Source: the human T2T-CHM13v2.0 reference genome, Homo sapiens
Assembly (NCBI RefSeq): GCF_009914755.1
Contig: NC_060931.1
DNA length: 64,000 nt
Direction: 5' to 3' (one strand)
The stretch's first letter is position 1; every line of letters begins with the position of its first letter. Under the pieces are notes generated by a model. That model worked only from the letters and a program-made list of their open reading frames with translations. It was not told the origin of the DNA and did no database searches. Shown one piece after another: positions 58,113 to 64,000 of this stretch. A program made the position numbers and the translations under genes.

Positions 58113-59656
58113 TCAATTTCTTCCTGGGTTGTTTGGCCATGAACATCCACATCACATGAAAAGTACCAGAGACGCTGTGTGTTAGTTTAATGATTAAGGC
58201 ATTAAATCGTAGATAACTATGCAAGTGATCAGGAGTAAATTTAACCACACATAATGGTCATGACAAATAGTCCACAAGAGGTATAAGAGAAAATAAATAC
58301 AAACAGCCATTAAGCACTTGAATATGTCAGAATGAATTTTTACAAATATTAATTTTAAAAATTATTTAATGGCTTCATCATGTATTTGGGGCATAACAGG
58401 CATCTAATTATGTATAGTGACAGAAAACACCTTGGTTTTCCATGAGCATCTGCAGAGACAGGCTGGCCAAATCAGTGCTGCCTTCAGCTCAGAAGACCCA
58501 TGGCAAAACCGACAGTTTTCTTCTGGATTCAACTCACAGAGCCAGCAAGGGGCAAGAAAAGTCAACAGAACAGAAACGCCAGACCTAGAAGGCAAGAACA
58601 TATTAAGGATGGTGATTTGCCTTCACCAAGGCACCCAAAATGTTTGTTTTTTCCTTCAGTGGGGGGAAAAAAAGGAGCAGAGCTGTATTGAGTTCCTTCC
58701 AGCAAAGTGTGGAAAAGAGAACCAAACCGAGTGGAAATCCTAAGACAAAAACTGCAGAGCGAGACGTGAGACAGCAGGCCGTGCGCTCTGAAAGGCATCT
58801 CTGCCGCCTGCTGATAAGCCCCGTCCATTTCTATGTACTTTTGTCAATAACTGAAAAGCAGTGAAATCTGACTAGCCCGCTCTCCACACAGCGCATAACT
58901 GATTGGAACTCAACGGACTGTGAGAATTTCTCAGGAAAATGAACCCCAACTCCCTTCACTTGGGGCCACGGACTCACATGACACCACAGTTCAGGGAAAC
59001 GGACGTTTTCAGGATGTGCACATGCCAATGTCTAATGGAGAGAGCCTGATTTCCAGGCCTTGTTTTTGACTACTTCGTTGCAATCCCACTAACAAACTTG
59101 TGCATGTTTGCTATAAAAACAACCAGACTGTGTTATTTATTACCTCAAATGTAATCACCTTACAATCTTATTTCTGCCTCTATTAATAAGTAGAAGTTTC
59201 ACTGCTTAAAATAAATGGCAAAAGTATTTTATTTAGGATGAATTATTCTACACTGAAAGATACTTTCCAGTAAGAAAAGCAGAAAAGAAGGGTATGTGAA
59301 AATATGCAGAAATAAGAGGCCCAGAGCCAGCCTGTTTTGATACTGGTGTTTTCTGAGCTAAGAGCTAAGTGTTGGGTACCTTTAATTCTCCGTTGAAAAT
59401 ATGACACTTGATCACCTCATCGTGAACTGTCTCTCAAAATAGAGACTGGGCCTCCCAGAGGATCCCTGGGCTGGCGAAACCTGAGCTGAGTGGCTCTGAC
59501 AGGCACTGCTGAGCAACCATGTGGCCTCTGGGCACTTCTTGTCCACTGTTAGACCTGCGGCCACCCACCCTCAGGCACAGCCCTGCCCGGCAAGGCCAGA
59601 CCTGGCATCGGGCTCGCCCACTTCCCAAATAACACCACCATCAAGAGTTCCGAAAA

Positions 59657-59983
59657 GGCCGAGCGCAGTGACTCACGCCTGTAATCCCAGCACTCTGGGA
59701 GGCCTAGGCAGGCAAATCACTTGAGCTTAGGAGTTCGAGACCAGCCTGGGCAACACAGAAAAACCCCCTCTCTACGAAAAATACAAAAACTAGCCGGGCG
59801 TGTTGGTGTGTGCCTGTAGCCCCAACTATTCTGGTGGCTGAGGTGGAAGAATTGCTTGGGCCCAGGAGGTGGAGGCTGAAGTGAGCAGAGATGGCACCAC
59901 TCCACTCTAGCCTGGGTGACAGATCAAGGCCCTGTTTCAGAAAAAAAAAAAAAAAAGAAAGAAAGAAAGAAAAAGAAAAGAAA
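59657..59983 (+). mobile_element. Alu (AluJ-type) with (GAAA)n tail
   Basis: cacttgagcttaggagttcgagaccagcctgggcaac, J-type diagnostics. Confidence 0.92.
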
Positions 59984-61869
59984 GTTCAGAACACAGAACC
60001 CTGACTGAAGGGCCAGGGCTGGACAGCAGGCTGGACTAGACCAGGGCACATGCTGTGGAACACGTCGCTTGGGTTTACTGATTGATCTGGGGCCACCTGA
60101 ACCTCAGTTACCTTTGGAAAGAGAGAGACAGAGAGAAAGAGCACTAGAGGAGGTGAGGGAGGGAGAGAGAAGAGAGGGAGAAAAGGATGGAGGGAGAAAG
60201 AGAAGACTTTATCTCTGAGGCTATTCCACTCCAAAAGTTCTGTTCCCTCCACAACCTGTCTCTGGGGGTCCTGAGGGACAGTCTGCAGCCCTCACAACGC
60301 TCATGCCTGTTCCTATGGATATCTCCAGCCTTGGCCTGGCATTTCCTCCTCCACTAATCTGCACTTCCAATCTCCACCATGCTCTGAAGTCAAGCAGCCC
60401 AACCTGTTGACAGCCCACGAAGAAACACACCATCTTCGTATGCACCCTAACACCACAATTCTCCAAGTTAACCCCTCTCAGTTTTATATCGTGGCCCCCA
60501 GGTTTGGAGGACGGGCGATTCCTTGATGTACCCAGTCTTTCTTGATTGGATTGAGGGAATCCAGTGTTAGGTCTGCTGTGCTGTGACAGCTGACAGGTCA
60601 GGGATCTGAAGGGACTGTGTGATGTGGCTAAGCAAGTGCAGCTGCCCTGCATCTCTTCCTACGTCCAAGAACCTCTTGGGCCCTTCCTTTAGCCCCCAGA
60701 CACCTTGAACAACCAGATACAAAACTGTGGTGGGAGTTTTTGTTGCAGAACTTTTATATCCAGAACTTTTGCTGCAAGTGCGTGATTTCCAGAGAGCAAT
60801 TATATCACCTCAGCCTAAAGCCAAGCACCGGAAACAGCCGCGGACATCCCTGACCTTGAGAAGGCTTCCCTTTGCCCACCACCCACGGCTTCCCATTGGC
60901 TGGACAAAACCCTGCACCACAGGGCAGGTGCTGGTTTGGAGGGGCCTGAAGTTAACAGTCTGAGAGGCCTCTTTAAGATAAAGAACACAAAAGCACAACA
61001 AACATTGTAAGTCAGGCAGTGAGCTTGGCCCGACATGGGAGGCCCTGACTCTCTAGCCTCAGCAAAAACACAGGCCACTTTTCCAGCTGACTACCCACCC
61101 CCTCCTGCACTCTTCCTGGGCCGAGAGGGCCCCCACCATTCACACAGTCCACCTTCTACTCCCCGCCAAGGCAGAACACTTCAGCTTGGCTAAAGAAATG
61201 AGAAAAACTTAACAGAAACCCCGACATCCCCTTGGAAAAAAAACATAATGTTTTCAAAAAAAACCCTTCCCCTTTTACGTAAGCAGGGGCCTGGGCTCAC
61301 TTGGTGTGTCCTCCAGTGGAAGGAAACTAACGCTGACCAACACTCAAATGTACCAACATACCAAGCCTCTGACGGCAACCTAGCCAGGAACGGTCATCCC
61401 ACTTAACAGACAGAAAACTGAGGCCCAGAGCCCTTACAAGGAGTGCTGGGACAATCTAAGAAATGGAAAAATCCAGTTTCTGTTTGCAAGTGATTTAAAA
61501 CATAGAGGGGGATTCAGAGGTAGAGGTTACAGTGCAACAGGCACTGGGCAGAAATGAGAAATCTTATGAACCATTCAGAGGAAGAGACAATTTTTCCAGG
61601 GGAGATGCATGAAGGCCTCACAGAGGACAGGACAGGGCAGGGCTCTGGGTCACGGGGAGGAGGCTTGGGGCTCAGCAGGAGGGTACACCCATTCACTCCT
61701 GGTGAAGGAGACTTTAAGAAAACTTAGGGATCCATCCCCTTCTGAATGAAGCAGCTCATGACTGGAAACTTACACTTTTTATTGCTTGGTGTTCTCATCA
61801 GCCAGAACCAAACTCAAAGTCCCTGGCTTGAGCTGAAATTTAGGGTAGTGCCTTGGGAAAGAGCCTGGG

Positions 61870-62040
61870 CACTAACAGGGAGGGGCTTGGGTTGAAATCC
61901 TAGGTCTGCTACTTCCCAGCTGTCCCTCTGCAGCTCACATTCCTCACCTGTAAAGGGGAATGGGAATACCTACTTCCCAGGTGCAATGCGTAGTATATAA
62001 AATAATGTGGTCAAGGCATCTGGTACACGATGCACTCAAA
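61870..62040 (+). mobile_element. MIR fragment
   Basis: gggttgaaatcctaggtctgctactt...ttcctcacctgtaaagggg...atacctacttc. Confidence 0.6.
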
Positions 62041-63774
62041 AAACAAGGCATGTCTGCGATGAATGCAGCAGGGTCGGTGTCCTAAACCCACCTCTGCCCT
62101 GTCTCCATCCTCCACTGCCCTCCCTCTGTAGCAGGAACTCAGGGGGTCAACGGTCTCGCCTCTTCACAGCTGAGCTTGACAGGGCTGTGTGGGGAAGGAA
62201 CCACCTCATTTGGTTCTGTGTGCCCTGCTTCCGGTCTGCACTGGACTGGCCTGAGGAAAACCCAGGGAATATTTCCTTCCTTGCAGTTTCTCCCTAACTC
62301 GGCTTCTTTCAAATCAAAACAGAAATGATGAAGCGAAATGCCCAGCTCTGGGCCTGGCCCAAGGAAGTCCTCAATGTGCATGAGTTCAATGGTACCCCTC
62401 CCCAGACTCCAGATCTGCCACCCTGTCCCTCATTTGCTTTGACTTAGCACTCACAAAGTAAACTAATTCTTTAATAACTCACAAGAGCTGAAAGTTAATT
62501 TTTTCATCTTAATTCTAGCCTATTAGAAAAAAAACAAAGATTTTAAGCAAATAAAGGAGTTTACTTCTCTGCATCCTCATAATAATTTGTCCATAGACAA
62601 CACTTTTGTTTCCTATGTTGAAAATAATATTACATTGTAACTTTACTAAAGTTTAAAACACAAATGACAATAATATTGAAAAATAAGTTCACTAAGATGT
62701 AACAGCTGAATTTACTTTTACGGTTTGCCGATCTCAATATACATAAACTGTGAGTCCCTTAACCCTTTTTTTTTCTTAAAAAAAAAAAAAAAAAAAAACT
62801 TCCAAAATAGGAGAGGGTGTAGTAATACATATGCCATATGTCTACATTTTTGCCACTAGCTTTTGAAAGTTTAATGTAGTATTATTAAAAACACAGAATG
62901 CTTGTCATATTTTCCCCATGCTAGGGTGCCTTGGGCCATGTCATGGTCCGTTAAAAACAAAAAAATTCAAGGGCTGCCTCTATTTCAGAAACAGGAACGT
63001 GTTCAGTAATGAAAACAAAACGTGTATTAGAATAGACCAATATTTACATGGTGTTTTATACAGTGACCAGGTCCCCAAAAGGGTGTGACAGGATTTCTGT
63101 TCCTGAAGCTTTGTGGTTCTCTCTGAAGGCTGGGAGCTGTCTGCGTACACCTGGAAGTCCAGCCCAGGAAGTAACTGCTGATGTCACAGGTGGCTCTGTT
63201 GACATCCTCACAACCTGCCAGGGCTACACCCTCCATGGCATGCCCCTCAGGTACCAAAGGGGAACGAAGAAGGAAAAGGAAGTTCCACCTGAGCCTGATC
63301 TGACCAAGATGGCCCACGCCAGCCACCATGCTGACAGCCAGCAGTGACCAGAGAGGACGCTGGGACCAAGCGGCTTTGGGGGTCTCCCTTGGCCGCCTCC
63401 AGGCCTTCCACTGTACTGGTTTGGATTTGCCATGGTAGATTTGTTCAACTACCAGTTTTGTATCCTGAAGCACGGAAGCCACATGACTTCCACACCTGAG
63501 TACCTTAGAGAACAACAGAAGTGCTGTTCTTTGGAGCAAGGATGGCTAGGCCACTCCGGGGTCCTTTCCCTGCAGTTCCCTCCACATACTGGGTCTCATG
63601 AGAAGGAGACCCCTGCCCTTCCCTGGGCTTCTGTGTGAAGCCCTCAGTAAATGACAGTAGCGGGGCAGAGCTCTCATTTCCCCTGTGAAAACCTCTCTTC
63701 AGTTGCAGCAACACCGGGTAGAGCAGTTGTAACTTACACTGAAGTTACTCTTTGTCCGCCAGCCCTAACAAAAT

Positions 63775-63836
63775 TGTCAGAGGCCTCTGAACCAGAGCAA
63801 CTCCATCTTGAATAGGGGATGGGTAAAATAAGGCTG
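63775..63836 (+). mobile_element. 5' 62-bp stub of a MER41 LTR
   Basis: tgtcagaggcctctgaaccagagcaactccatcttgaataggggatgggtaaaataaggctg matches the MER41A/B start. Confidence 0.8.
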
Positions 63837-64000
63837 TGTCTTTTCTTATGTTAAAGCAAAGGGGGAAAAATGTTGGTTTTGAATACACACTAGCCACAGT
63901 CTTTTTTGTGTTTTTACTCAAGGCTTCAGTGCAGGGTGTATCCAGCAGCCTCCCAGCCCCCACCACAATGCTCCTGGCCCCTGACCCTGTGCTCCTCTTT

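Noticed and set aside
63027-63539. 170-aa minus-strand ORF
   Set aside because: No recognisable homology or exon boundaries; consistent with chance.

Overview
Hominid (most likely human) genomic DNA, shown by dense Alu/L1 content, a near-consensus AluY and an SVA. The window covers the 5' part of COBL (cordon-bleu WH2 repeat protein, an actin nucleator) on the minus strand: part of intron 1 (45162-64000), coding exons 2-5 (44958-45161, 18593-18803, 16064-16292, 9318-9415; all GT-AG and phase-consistent) and the start of intron 5. A 45-nt frame-preserving cassette exon (13128-13172) lies between exons 4 and 5, followed by three RBFOX UGCAUG sites. The introns hold an old ERV1/MER4-group provirus with a tRNA-Ser-like primer binding site, two long L1s, an SVA, about 20 Alus and several DNA-transposon and MIR relics. 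The most unusual unexplained structure is a ~145-bp inverted duplication (50538-50684 / 52748-52892) that I cannot assign to a repeat family. Apart from COBL exon overlaps and L1 remnants, the ORF track appears spurious. Repeat subfamily names are from memory of consensus sequences and boundaries are approximate.
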